NCBI GenBank assembly: GCA_014377485.1
Contig: JACMPM010000016.1
Location: 1,396-65,395 of the forward strand
Source: Bacteriovorax sp.
Lineage (GTDB): Bacteria > Bdellovibrionota > Bacteriovoracia > Bacteriovoracales > Bacteriovoracaceae
Direction of reading: 5' to 3'
Length of the DNA stretch: 64,000 bases
Part shown: positions 26,293 through 36,282 of the stretch, in pieces
Layout of the letters: each line of letters opens with the position of its first letter
Position numbering within the stretch: position 1 is the stretch's first letter
Position numbers and translations under genes: made by a program
Notes under the pieces: generated by a model
Told to the model about the DNA's origin: nothing
Database searches by the model: none
Seen by the model: the letters and a program-made list of their open reading frames with translations, nothing else

Positions 26293-27363
26293 TTATTTCT
26301 TGCTGTTATGATTTCTCCTCTTGGTTCTATCGTCTAAATCATTAAGCAATTCTTTTATCTTACCACCGGCATGTGCCCAGATTAAATTTGTATCGATTTT
26401 TCCATACTCCATCGTTTTCCAAATTGGAGGATTAGTAGAAAAAATTCTCAATAAGGTCATTGTAACTGACGACTTTAATGAAGCCTTCAGTGAGGAAAAA
26501 CGATATCCAACTGCAATAGTATCAGTTTGATTTTCCACAAAATGCCAAACATGAGGTGGAACATACATAATATCGCCTGGGTTTAGATATGCAATGTTGG
26601 CAGTCGCATGTTCAAAAAGTGGAAAATTTTTAGAATCAGGTCTATCTACATCAACTGGACTTTTAATATAAGCAGTATTGGTAATTTCTGGATACATTAA
26701 AAGAGAATCTTTTGAAGAATATAACGTCCATTTTTTTTTACCGTAAATTTGAATTGAAAGATTACAAGGTTGATCGGTATGAAAGAGAGTTTTTTGTCCA
26801 GCCCCCCCTATAAACATATAGTATGTATTTGCAAAGGTTTTCTTTCCACGCATCTCTTGCAACCAATCCATATTCAAGTCCTCAACAAGCAAAGGATTAT
26901 TTTCAAGCAAGGGACTAAAACGTAAATATTTTTTACCGCCGGCCTTAATATTATCAACGAGCTCTCTCACAGTTAAAAACTCATAATGAGCATTATTTTC
27001 TCGAGAGGTTAATCCATTAGCATTAACCAGCAATAAATCTTCTTCTCCAAGGCTCATTTGAAAATAATCCAAGTCCCATTTTTGGCAACATACCCAGTCT
27101 CTAGCCACAGCTTCAAAAACTACTGGGCGCGATTTAGAGACATACTCTTTATGAAACTCAACAGGTGAAAGATTACTTCTAATATCTACATAAGATGCTT
27201 CTGGAGTAGCAAATGATGAAAGCTTCTTTTCGAGTCTTTTTAAAAAAGAAATTTTAAAAGGGTTTATTATAACAAAAATGCGTTTTCCAAATAATTGCTC
27301 TGCAAGCATGAAAGATTGAAAAAATATTCTTTCAAAGCAACTAACATTCATATTATTCTTCAT
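26293..27363 (-). CDS. JmjC/cupin_8-like Fe(II)/2OG oxygenase
   Basis: HxD in LFHTDQPCN, a distal His in HVWHFVEN, and a cupin-like beta-rich core. Confidence 0.6.
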   Translation of the reverse strand: MKNNMNVSCFERIFFQSFMLAEQLFGKRIFVIINPFKISFLKRLEKKLSSFATPEASYVDIRSNLSPVEFHKEYVSKSRPVVFEAVARDWVCCQKWDLDYFQMSLGEEDLLLVNANGLTSRENNAHYEFLTVRELVDNIKAGGKKYLRFSPLLENNPLLVEDLNMDWLQEMRGKKTFANTYYMFIGGAGQKTLFHTDQPCNLSIQIYGKKKWTLYSSKDSLLMYPEITNTAYIKSPVDVDRPDSKNFPLFEHATANIAYLNPGDIMYVPPHVWHFVENQTDTIAVGYRFSSLKASLKSSVTMTLLRIFSTNPPIWKTMEYGKIDTNLIWAHAGGKIKELLNDLDDRTKRRNHNSKK

Positions 27364-27446
27364 AGTAATTTCCTTAAATTTGTATCACAATAATAGAGCT
27401 AGTTTCATCATTTATAAATAGATTTAATCAACGGAAACGGTTCTGA

Positions 27447-28520
27447 ATGAATTCTTTTCACGCCACACAAACACATGCATTTAAAATCATGATATCTTGT
27501 GCTGGTCTCGGAATGGGGAACGCTTCTCGGATATGCGCTACCATCGAAGCACTGCAGAGCATTGCACAGAAAGAGAATTTTTCTATTACATGCCACGTTG
27601 TCAGCTGGGGCGCTGGCTATCTTTTCTTGAAAAATTTCAAGGAAAGTAGCAAACTTGGCTTTGAACTGACCGAGATACAAAACTACAGGCATCAATATAA
27701 CATTTTTAATTTTCTCAAATGCTATTACTCCAACACTAAGGCAATCAAATTGACCATCAATCAATTTAAACCTGATCTACTTGTTTTGGATTCCGATTAT
27801 CATTTTATTTCTTACGTTATGTTAAAGATACCCAAGATAAGCATCTCTCAGGCCAGCGATGTTCTCGACAGAATTCCCTTGACTAACTATAGACCAAAAG
27901 ATTTTTCAGAAAAAATCACTCTTTTTCTCAGGGAAGTGCTTGATGCTTTTTTTCAAAAAATTATTTCAACGAAGGTTCTCGTTCCTTCATTTACTCTAGA
28001 ATTAGACTCGAAAGAATACTTAAATCGCATAAAAATTCCTCTCATTGTGCGTGAGGAATTTCTTCAACCGACTCATGATTTAGAAGAAAATGGTAACTCT
28101 ATTGGCGTGCTATTAAGTGGATCAGAAATAGATAAGGATGCTTTTTTAAATTTAAAGCAAGAACAGTCTATCAATGTTATTACTCCCAATCTAAATAACT
28201 CGAATATTATTTCTCACGCAAGATTGCTAGATAAATATAATATAATTTTTACACAAGGTGGCCTTAGTTCGATTTCTGAAGTTATTGCTAGAGGTAAATT
28301 TTTAATTGTATTTCCAATTAGAAATCATCCTGAACAAATGATAAATGCATTGGAGGTTGAGCGCTTAGGTTTAGGGATGAAGGCTTCTCTTGATGATTTG
28401 AAAGATTTTGCAAAATTATTAAAAGAAATTAATCTTAAAAAAGAACGTACAAAAAAAAGATTTATAGATTGCACTGGATCACACAAAGCTGCAGAAATTA
28501 TCTCTCGTTTTCTTCATTAA
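27447..28520 (+). CDS. GT-B glycosyltransferase (MurG/GT1-like C-terminal domain)
   Basis: TQGGLSSISEVIARGKFLIVFPIRNHPEQMINALEVERLGLG matches the GT28/GT1 donor-binding motif. Confidence 0.65.
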   Translation: MNSFHATQTHAFKIMISCAGLGMGNASRICATIEALQSIAQKENFSITCHVVSWGAGYLFLKNFKESSKLGFELTEIQNYRHQYNIFNFLKCYYSNTKAIKLTINQFKPDLLVLDSDYHFISYVMLKIPKISISQASDVLDRIPLTNYRPKDFSEKITLFLREVLDAFFQKIISTKVLVPSFTLELDSKEYLNRIKIPLIVREEFLQPTHDLEENGNSIGVLLSGSEIDKDAFLNLKQEQSINVITPNLNNSNIISHARLLDKYNIIFTQGGLSSISEVIARGKFLIVFPIRNHPEQMINALEVERLGLGMKASLDDLKDFAKLLKEINLKKERTKKRFIDCTGSHKAAEIISRFLH

Positions 28521-29112
28521 ATTTTTCAAAACAAATTGCTCTGCTAATTAACGTCGGTTTCTCACTTCTTATCTTTATAAACCCATATTGTAATGCAAGT
28601 TCTTCATATTCCTTTGATTTACGGATAAAGACTTTACAACCACCTAGGGCGTGAACAACCCTGTAGAGCCAACCAAAACTCCCGTGAGTAGGAATTAATA
28701 TAACTAATCGTCCACCAGGAGTAATAATATTAAATATCGATTTAAAAAACTTTTCTGGTGATTTAACAAATTCCAAAACCCCTGCAGCTAACGCATTATC
28801 GAAAAGCTGAAATTGATCAAGATCCTCGATTGAAACTTGACGACTAGGAATCCCTCTTTTGTTTAGTTGATCTATCATTGCTGGCGAGGAATCGACGCAA
28901 AAGACATCTAAATTATATTCTTCTTTAAAATAAATTGCATAATATCCGGCACCACTTCCTAAGTCTAATAAAGAAGAATGAGCTTTGGCGTTTAAAAGCC
29001 TAGCAATTGAATCTCGTTCTTTATGCCGAAAAATTTTCCAAATACCATGATTGCTTTTGGCCATATAATCTATGGCCCGATCTTCAAAGTAAGAGTTTAT
29101 TTTTTTCCCCAA
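28498..29112 (-). CDS. class I SAM-dependent methyltransferase
   Basis: Motif I LLDLGSGAGYYA. Confidence 0.75.
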   Translation of the reverse strand: MGKKINSYFEDRAIDYMAKSNHGIWKIFRHKERDSIARLLNAKAHSSLLDLGSGAGYYAIYFKEEYNLDVFCVDSSPAMIDQLNKRGIPSRQVSIEDLDQFQLFDNALAAGVLEFVKSPEKFFKSIFNIITPGGRLVILIPTHGSFGWLYRVVHALGGCKVFIRKSKEYEELALQYGFIKIRSEKPTLISRAICFEKFNEENER

Positions 29113-29747
29113 ACTAACACTCCTGGATTTAGTAACGTGGCAGGCTTAATTATTTCAACTGAATAACCAAAATCTTTTAAAAGTTTTCTAATTTCAACTT
29201 CAGAATAGTTTCTTGCCCTGTAGGAATATTTGAAAGATTTTCTATCCATAATAATTCTATAATAATAATAAGGATTCCATGACGAGACAACCTTGGTCTC
29301 GGTGTAGGAGAAAAAAACATTATTCGTATGAAGTTTTGAAAACAATTCTCGCAACTGTTCAACTTCGAGCCAGTCAGTTAATCCTAGAAAAATTACAACA
29401 TCTTTTTTCTCAAAAGAAATTTTCATAATGTCAGCAGCTAAAAACTGCAGTTGCGTATGCCGGTTTTTCTTTTTCGCAAGTGCGATCGCATTTGCAGCAA
29501 TGTCAACTCCTAAATAATGTCCAACTTCGTTTGCAATATTAAACGCAAAAATGCCACTCCCGCAACCTAGTTCTAAAACTAACCAATCTGTTTGCAATCG
29601 TTTTTTAATAATTTTAACCGATGAATTCAATCGACTTCTCACTGTCCAAGAAAGAGGATAAAAAAATAACCATTGAGAATATCTGAGTCTTTCCCAATGA
29701 AGAATCTTTTCTTCCCAATAGGTCACAGGGGAGTTTGGTAGACTCAT
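29097..29747 (-). CDS. class I SAM-dependent methyltransferase
   Basis: Motif I VLELGCGSGIFA. Confidence 0.75.
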   Translation of the reverse strand: MSLPNSPVTYWEEKILHWERLRYSQWLFFYPLSWTVRSRLNSSVKIIKKRLQTDWLVLELGCGSGIFAFNIANEVGHYLGVDIAANAIALAKKKNRHTQLQFLAADIMKISFEKKDVVIFLGLTDWLEVEQLRELFSKLHTNNVFFSYTETKVVSSWNPYYYYRIIMDRKSFKYSYRARNYSEVEIRKLLKDFGYSVEIIKPATLLNPGVLVWGKK

Positions 29748-30502
29748 GATAAATACTCCAATAATAATTTTAATTCTGTCAATCGACCTTCTTGAAGTTT
29801 GTCGTTCATGCCAACAAATTTAAAATCATTAAACTTTGCTGGGTGAACAATCATATGCTGATATAGATTTAATTTCTCTTTTATTAGACGGGAGCTTTTT
29901 AAATTTTTCGTTAGAACATATCCACATGGCAGGAGATTCAAGCCTACACTTGAATCAAAGACAAACTTTTTAAAATAAGCGGATTGTAAAAAGCTCATCA
30001 TATGTTGAGGATCAATCATTGTCCGCACGCGCTTAATTCCGTTTTGTGGCAAAAGCTTCTTGATCGCTGAATAAACAGAAGGAAGAAGGTGAACATGATG
30101 ATGGCCATCTAGACCAGAGATAGGAATTCCGTAATCTTTTAAAATTTTCATCTGCTGAAGAAATGTATTTTCATATTCTTCAGGCGCAACTTGTCTCATT
30201 AAAGCTTTAATCATTAAAGTTTTTACATCAAAAAAAGCGCCACTTCTTGACGTAAGAGATGGCAGTTCGGCATGTGAAAATTTAGAGTGCCCATAAGTTA
30301 AATTGAAATGAATATGGAATTGCAATCCATCTTTTTCATAGCTAAGCAATTCCAAAAGACCATCCGCAAGATAAGTAGAATTAGCCAAACAGGACACTGA
30401 AAAAAGCAATTGCTTACGAGCTAGTTCGAGAATTCCGGCATTAACCCCCGGCGATAGTCCCCAATCATCTGCACAAAAATTTGAACTATAAGGATGCATC
30501 AA
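29744..30502 (-). CDS. YdjC/ChbG/HpnK-family carbohydrate deacetylase
   Basis: N-terminal CADDWGLSPGVNAGILELA and the HHHVHL block. Confidence 0.7.
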   Translation of the reverse strand: MMHPYSSNFCADDWGLSPGVNAGILELARKQLLFSVSCLANSTYLADGLLELLSYEKDGLQFHIHFNLTYGHSKFSHAELPSLTSRSGAFFDVKTLMIKALMRQVAPEEYENTFLQQMKILKDYGIPISGLDGHHHVHLLPSVYSAIKKLLPQNGIKRVRTMIDPQHMMSFLQSAYFKKFVFDSSVGLNLLPCGYVLTKNLKSSRLIKEKLNLYQHMIVHPAKFNDFKFVGMNDKLQEGRLTELKLLLEYLS

Positions 30503-30737
30503 AAAATCTCCTACACTTTATAATCTTAAAAAAATCATTATGAATTGGCGAGAAATTTTAAAGCGCACTGTGTGAAATTGCATCTATAAATATTTACCTC
30601 AATAATTACTAATGTATGTGCAATCATTAAACCGATCGACATTATCCATTGACGAATCTATGAAACCTCGTGCCAATAAAAAAATTGTGACATTAGGATT
30701 TATTAATTTATAATTAATTATCTTATTTAACTCTATC

Positions 30738-31403
30738 GTGCAATTAGAACTATCTTATTTGAATATTTTTACTCCAATAAGGTATTTTGTTATTTTAATA
30801 ATTTTTTTTGGAGTTTTTATTAGAAAATTTTCCTTATTCTTTCTTTTGCTATCCTGTTCAAGAAATAACTTTGATAGTTTTTTAAAAGAAAACAAAACAA
30901 AGTTAGACTTCAATAGTACTTTCCAAGTTAAAACAAAATCTTCAGTACCTCTTTTCGTCCTGGGAGAAAATATAAGCAAAGAACAATTGCTAAAAATTAA
31001 CATTAAACATGTAAAAGATAATAATAAAGCTTTGGATGAAATAAAAAAAAGCATCTTTCTTATCGTTTCTCAGTATGAATTTACAATGGCACCTTACCCT
31101 GGTCAGATTACCGTTGCGACCAATTGTGGGACTGCCTTACATCCTAAATTAAATTATAAAAACAATGTGTATTATATTTCATCCTTTGCAAATGAAAGGC
31201 TAGCCTTAAGTATATGCCAAGGAGATGAATATAGTTTAATTGTCTCAACAGCTTACTTTTATGAACCATCAACTAATCTATTACTCTCTGTTGATTTTTA
31301 CCAAAAAAAGAATATTTTCAACACTGACCCGTCAATATTTTTTAAAGATCATTTTAAAGAAATAAATAACATAAATCTTTCGAGGTTTAAAAATTTATTT
31401 TAA
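30738..31403 (+). CDS. lipoprotein of unknown function; paralog of 20567-21169
   Basis: Lipobox LLLSC; shared ER[FL]AL[CS]ICQ block and a similar C-terminal half. The true start may be downstream of 30738. Confidence 0.5.
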   Translation: MQLELSYLNIFTPIRYFVILIIFFGVFIRKFSLFFLLLSCSRNNFDSFLKENKTKLDFNSTFQVKTKSSVPLFVLGENISKEQLLKINIKHVKDNNKALDEIKKSIFLIVSQYEFTMAPYPGQITVATNCGTALHPKLNYKNNVYYISSFANERLALSICQGDEYSLIVSTAYFYEPSTNLLLSVDFYQKKNIFNTDPSIFFKDHFKEINNINLSRFKNLF

Positions 31404-31423
31404 TAATCAGATGGAGTTCAACA

Positions 31424-31864
31424 GTGCTAAGTAAGCAACAAAGCAGTTTAATAATAACTTATTTTTTCGGATTAATTATTGTAGTTTCATTATTGAATCA
31501 ATTTAACTTTCTTTCTACAGAGATAATTTCTTTTACTCATTTTACTGGGTTTGGAGCTAGAATGAATCCTTACAACAGTGCTAGGTCTTACACGGAAGAT
31601 GAAATTAAAGTTATATTTATCGACAATCAGGAAATTATTATTCATATGGACCAACTGATTCCATCTTTTTACCCCACCTATTTGAAAGGTAGTTTTAAAT
31701 ATTTTTATCGCGAATCTAAATTGCCAATAGAAACAAATATCCGAGTTTCTCTTAAGCTTTGTCAGCTTATACAAAATAAATTGTCACACCAACCGAAGCG
31801 AATAGAGGTGAAATTATTTCTTCCTGTGAAAAATGAAACAAAAGAATACCTATGTTTCAAATAA
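31424..31864 (+). CDS. hypothetical protein with N-terminal TM helix
   Basis: ORF in a compact operon; overlaps the next gene by 13 nt. Confidence 0.4.
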   Translation: MLSKQQSSLIITYFFGLIIVVSLLNQFNFLSTEIISFTHFTGFGARMNPYNSARSYTEDEIKVIFIDNQEIIIHMDQLIPSFYPTYLKGSFKYFYRESKLPIETNIRVSLKLCQLIQNKLSHQPKRIEVKLFLPVKNETKEYLCFK

Positions 31865-32559
31865 ATCGAATATTTATTGAAAAAATTTCAACTATTTTTC
31901 TTTTATATTACTTTGCTACTTATTTTTTATTTTTTAAATGGATCGTTTTCACCACTAGCTCAAACTGTGCAATAATTTATTTACTTTTAAGCCTCTCTCT
32001 TCTGATTTCTTCATTGTTTTACAAAAGAGATTGGCTATCGTTTGGTATTTTTATAAGTTGGTCAATAATGCCATTGGTAAATCCTTACGTACTATATGTT
32101 TCATTTCCAATACAATCGCTCTTGCTTTTCAATATTTTCTCATATAATTCCACACTCGTAACACGAGAGCATAAAAAAATTATTTTTAAAATTTCAATCT
32201 TTTTTTTAAGTTTACATTATTTTACCATCGGCTTATGGAAACTTATGAATCCAACTTGGACTAACGGAATTGCCATTAAGACCATCGCTATTAATTCAGG
32301 GTCTAGTTTGTTATATTTTGGATTATCAAAATTCCCTGGAACCGCGTTGAGTATTTCCAGGTTGGTTATATTCTTTGAACTAATGGGCATTCTACTTATT
32401 TTCAAAAAGATGCGAAGATGGATCATCTGGCTAATGATATTTTTTCATTTTACACTTATGATTGCCATGAGTCTCTACGAATTAAAAATTCCTTATTTTC
32501 TCATTTTATTTTGGATTCATAGTTACGATCAAAAAATCAAGCCTGAGGCTATTGAATGA
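31852..32559 (+). CDS. polytopic membrane protein, unknown function
   Basis: Six or more hydrophobic spans; 4-nt overlap with the next gene. Confidence 0.45.
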   Translation: MFQINRIFIEKISTIFLLYYFATYFLFFKWIVFTTSSNCAIIYLLLSLSLLISSLFYKRDWLSFGIFISWSIMPLVNPYVLYVSFPIQSLLLFNIFSYNSTLVTREHKKIIFKISIFFLSLHYFTIGLWKLMNPTWTNGIAIKTIAINSGSSLLYFGLSKFPGTALSISRLVIFFELMGILLIFKKMRRWIIWLMIFFHFTLMIAMSLYELKIPYFLILFWIHSYDQKIKPEAIE

Positions 32560-33566
32560 AAAAAAAACTATTTAAAATAATTGTAACAATATTATCTTTC
32601 CTGCTAATAATAAATGTTTTTACAAGGATAGTTTTAAAAAAATATTATCGAACAACCGCAAGACACTTCGCCTCACTGGCTTATATCGAAAAAATTAAAA
32701 GTCAGTCTCAAATAGATTATTTAATCATCGGTGATTCAACTGGGTTACACACAATTAATTCTAAACTTATATCTGGTAGAACCTATAACGTCTGTATATC
32801 TGGCGCCTCACTTCTTGATACATATAAAACATTAACCCTATTTGATTTATCACGAATTAAAAAAGGAATTATTCTTACCAATTCTTTTAATTCAAAAATC
32901 CATTACGGAGAAGATTTTTGGAAAAGGTTTGTTTTAACCAATTCTTATTCAATCAAAGATCTCTCTAAAATATTTAATGAAGACAAGACAATAAATATTT
33001 TTCCATCCAATCAATTTACGCCAATAGAATTTTACTTCACAGCTATCGCTACAAAATTACTTCTGAATAAATATGCCCTTGAAGCTTTATCTGAATATTT
33101 AAAATCTTTAAGATGGAATGTGAATTTTTACCAGAAATACACTTTATCTTATATTGCGAATAATGGTTTCACTACTTTAGTAGATCCAGGTACAAAGTTT
33201 CAATTAAAAGATGAAGAATTTTTTAAACAATATTTCAATTTTTACAGCAGACCTTTTCAGATCAATGTCACTGATTACTATTATTTGAATAAAATTTATC
33301 AGATTGCCAGTCGAGGAAACCTTTTACTAATCATGCCTTTGTTGCCGCTAGCAGATAAGGCAACAAATCTAAATGTCACAAATTTCAAAGATTCGTATGA
33401 AAGTTATTTTAAAAATTATGAAATTCATCATCCTGGATTTATTTTAGCGCCCATTAAAATTGAACTTAAACGCTCCGACTTTTTTGATTTTAATCATTTA
33501 AATTCGGAAGCCGCCAATAAAACAACGATGGCCCTACTTAAGTTACTGAAAAAGCTTAAAGACTAA
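32556..33566 (+). CDS. membrane-anchored protein with N-proximal GDS motif (possible SGNH/DltD-like esterase or acyltransferase)
   Basis: N-terminal TM helix, then DYLIIGDSTG. Confidence 0.3.
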   Translation: MKKKLFKIIVTILSFLLIINVFTRIVLKKYYRTTARHFASLAYIEKIKSQSQIDYLIIGDSTGLHTINSKLISGRTYNVCISGASLLDTYKTLTLFDLSRIKKGIILTNSFNSKIHYGEDFWKRFVLTNSYSIKDLSKIFNEDKTINIFPSNQFTPIEFYFTAIATKLLLNKYALEALSEYLKSLRWNVNFYQKYTLSYIANNGFTTLVDPGTKFQLKDEEFFKQYFNFYSRPFQINVTDYYYLNKIYQIASRGNLLLIMPLLPLADKATNLNVTNFKDSYESYFKNYEIHHPGFILAPIKIELKRSDFFDFNHLNSEAANKTTMALLKLLKKLKD

Positions 33567-33645
33567 CGAATTTATTGAACCAACCTATTGTTTAGTATCA
33601 ATCTATAGTAAAATAGTTCTTATATTGACCCTACGAGGAACCACC

Positions 33646-34653
33646 GTGAAACAGTTAATTTTTTCAATTTTTATAGCACTTAATTTTGGCTGCCTAAACG
33701 CTGCTGAAGTAAATCAAAAATATAAAATAAAATGGGTTTTGGCTCATGAACCAATTGGCCTCTTCAAAGAAGCTGCTAGCGTATTTTCTGAAGAAGTTAA
33801 AGAGAAAACAAACGGTAAAATATCTTTTGAAATATTAACCATTACTGAATATGAATCAAAATATAATGCCTCTAAAAAAATTACCTATTCAAATTTTCTT
33901 CATAAACTTCAAGATGGCTCAATTCAAATGAGCCAAACCTATACTACAGATTTAGGTCGCTTAAATAATTCATTATATGTTTTAGACCTGCCCTTTCTTT
34001 TTAGAGATCATGACCATGCTAAAAAAGTACTCGAAGGAAAAATTGGTAATAATTTACTATCTTCTCTCATAAGTTCAAATATTCGAGGACTTGCTTTTAC
34101 CTACAGTGGCGGTTATCGAGTAATCCCTGGAACAAAAAAAATTAATCGCGTAGAAGATTTTAAGGGAATGAAAATTAGAACTTCTTCTAGTCCTGTTGCT
34201 CAAGAGACTTTCAACATTCTTGGAGCAAAGGCAGTACCTATGGGATTAGATGAAATTGAAAATGGAATTAAAACAGGAAAAATTGACGACGCTGAATCTA
34301 CCTATGCACGCTACTTCACTTTAGGTCAAAATCAAGTTGCAAAAATTGTTAATGAAACTAACCATAGCTTATTTCTTACTTCAATAATTATTAATGAAAA
34401 ATTTTGGAATTCTTTGCCTGAAAATTATAAAACCATAGTTAGAGACGCTGCAGTTAAAGCTGCTAGAATTGAACGCGATCATTCGGTCCAGGCGGGCGTA
34501 GAAACCAAAAAGCAATGTAAAGAGAATGGGATAGAAGTTGTTACTTTAAATAAAAAAGAAGAAGCAAGATTTAAACAGGCAGTAATTCCTGTTTATAAGA
34601 AATTTTCATCAATGCTAGGGCAAGATTTAATTACAAGTATTCAGAATCAATAA
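33646..34653 (+). CDS. TRAP transporter substrate-binding protein (DctP family)
   Basis: DctP-like composition. A GTG at 33646 is preceded by GAGGA 6 nt upstream and yields a signal peptide ending NFGC. The track start is a TTG at 33625. Confidence 0.55.
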   Translation: MKQLIFSIFIALNFGCLNAAEVNQKYKIKWVLAHEPIGLFKEAASVFSEEVKEKTNGKISFEILTITEYESKYNASKKITYSNFLHKLQDGSIQMSQTYTTDLGRLNNSLYVLDLPFLFRDHDHAKKVLEGKIGNNLLSSLISSNIRGLAFTYSGGYRVIPGTKKINRVEDFKGMKIRTSSSPVAQETFNILGAKAVPMGLDEIENGIKTGKIDDAESTYARYFTLGQNQVAKIVNETNHSLFLTSIIINEKFWNSLPENYKTIVRDAAVKAARIERDHSVQAGVETKKQCKENGIEVVTLNKKEEARFKQAVIPVYKKFSSMLGQDLITSIQNQ

Positions 34654-34655
34654 AA

Positions 34656-34877
34656 CTACTGACGTATCATAGGGAGAAAGTCTTCTAAATTTTTTAACTC
34701 TAATACGTCTTCAATATCAAACTTCATTTTAAATTCTTTCTGTAATTCAATAATGAGTTCGGCGTGTTTCATTGAATCCCATTCAGGCATTTTCTCTTTA
34801 GCAATATTTATCAACATATATTTTGTTTTAAATATTCTATTAAAAACATCCAATAATCGCTCAGAATTATTTTTCAT
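34656..34877 (-). CDS. acyl/peptidyl carrier protein (DltC-like)
   Basis: 73 aa with a phosphopantetheine-site-like EWDSMKHAELI. Overlaps the upstream ligase gene by 11 nt. Confidence 0.65.
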   Translation of the reverse strand: MKNNSERLLDVFNRIFKTKYMLINIAKEKMPEWDSMKHAELIIELQKEFKMKFDIEDVLELKNLEDFLPMIRQ

Positions 34878-36225
34878 CAGTTTGATTTCCCTTAATTAAC
34901 TGCAACACATAATCATTGCCAATTTTCCCTCTGCTGTTTCTGACAATTAATTCTTGTACGAAAAATTTATCTGGAATTTTACTTACAGGAAGAAAAGAAT
35001 TACAAAATTCTTTTAATTGCATAATCGTTGAACCTTTTTTTAAACTAACAATGACACCGACCAGTTCATTTGAAAAATCATCTGGAATACTAAATGTATG
35101 AACATCATTTACGAACCCTGAACTGTTCAAAAATTCATTAATCTCCTGAGGGTATATTTTTAATCCTTTTTTATTAATTATCTGTTTCAACCGTCCCCCG
35201 AGCTGTCCATTTTCAAATATATCACCTGTTCTAAAAAATCCATCTGATGTAATTACTTCATGAAATGCAGATTCATTATCAAGATAGCCGTTAAACATAA
35301 ATTCTGACCTTAAAAGAAGTTCATCATTCACCCCATTTTTTTTTTCAACTGACCAAAAATTTTTAAATTCATTTGTTGATGAATCTATTTCAATTAAATT
35401 ACTTGCAACCCATCCGAGCATTTCTGTAATTCCATAAACATTATAAAAGCTAACCGATTCCCCGAGCCAGTTTTTTATTGAACCTGCTTTTGTATCTGAT
35501 AGAGGAGAGCTGGCGCAATGCACTCTTCTCAATGTGGGAGTTGCTACCCCCTTCGAAGAAAAGTTCAAAATTAACTCCCAAACGCTAGGAACTGTACTAA
35601 AAAAAGTAATTCCATATTTATTTATTATTTTTGCTATGTCTCTAACCAAAATCAGATCAAATTTCTTTGCAATAAAAAATTCTTTTCCATGAAATATTGC
35701 AAACAAACTATTGCAAATTAATCCATGGCCAAAATAGGTTGGGAGAGCGCATAGGGTATGAGCACAATCATTTGCTGAAATTTCATTGGTCATGATCTTC
35801 ATTTTTTTATCAAGAGAATTATAACTAATCATAACTCCTTTGGGTGATCCTGTTGTACCTGAGGTGTAAAGAATCAAGGCTATCTTTTCCAGCTTTTTTA
35901 AATATTTTAAAGATTCAAATTTTTCATCATTTTTATCTATAACTAGAGAAATTGAGGAATGTAATTTGATATTTTCAATTTCTAGATTTGAAGAATTTGG
36001 ATCTAAAGGAATTGCCGTTGCACCTAATTTGAAAACAGCTAATAAATTTATAAAAAATTCAATTGTATTATTTTGCAACAATAGAACACTAATACCTGGC
36101 CCTATACCGTATTGACTTTTAAAATTTTCGATTTTCTCCAGAATCTTTTGCTGAAACTCAAAAGAGGACATATGCTCCCCGCTCTCTACTTGAGTAATTG
36201 AAGAAAGATGGTTCAGATTAATCAT
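34867..36225 (-). CDS. AMP-dependent synthetase/ligase (adenylation enzyme, DltA-like size)
   Basis: Motifs LYTSGTTGSPKGV, YGITE and RTGDIF. Confidence 0.8.
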   Translation of the reverse strand: MINLNHLSSITQVESGEHMSSFEFQQKILEKIENFKSQYGIGPGISVLLLQNNTIEFFINLLAVFKLGATAIPLDPNSSNLEIENIKLHSSISLVIDKNDEKFESLKYLKKLEKIALILYTSGTTGSPKGVMISYNSLDKKMKIMTNEISANDCAHTLCALPTYFGHGLICNSLFAIFHGKEFFIAKKFDLILVRDIAKIINKYGITFFSTVPSVWELILNFSSKGVATPTLRRVHCASSPLSDTKAGSIKNWLGESVSFYNVYGITEMLGWVASNLIEIDSSTNEFKNFWSVEKKNGVNDELLLRSEFMFNGYLDNESAFHEVITSDGFFRTGDIFENGQLGGRLKQIINKKGLKIYPQEINEFLNSSGFVNDVHTFSIPDDFSNELVGVIVSLKKGSTIMQLKEFCNSFLPVSKIPDKFFVQELIVRNSRGKIGNDYVLQLIKGNQTDEK

Positions 36226-36282
36226 ATAGAAACCCTAAAGAAATTGACTTCATTTTGGCACCATGACAAAATTTATTTGATT

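Noticed and set aside
27408-27764. 118-aa minus-strand ORF
   Set aside because: It lies antisense over the 5' end of the well-supported glycosyltransferase gene (27447-28520), has no motif, and shows odd Cys/His-rich composition. It is likely a shadow ORF.
36208-36282. Track start of the MBOAT ORF at 36208
   Set aside because: It would overlap the divergently transcribed ligase gene head to head by 18 nt and leave no promoter. The Met at 36283 (MAFDQPLF...) matches typical AlgI/DltB N-termini.
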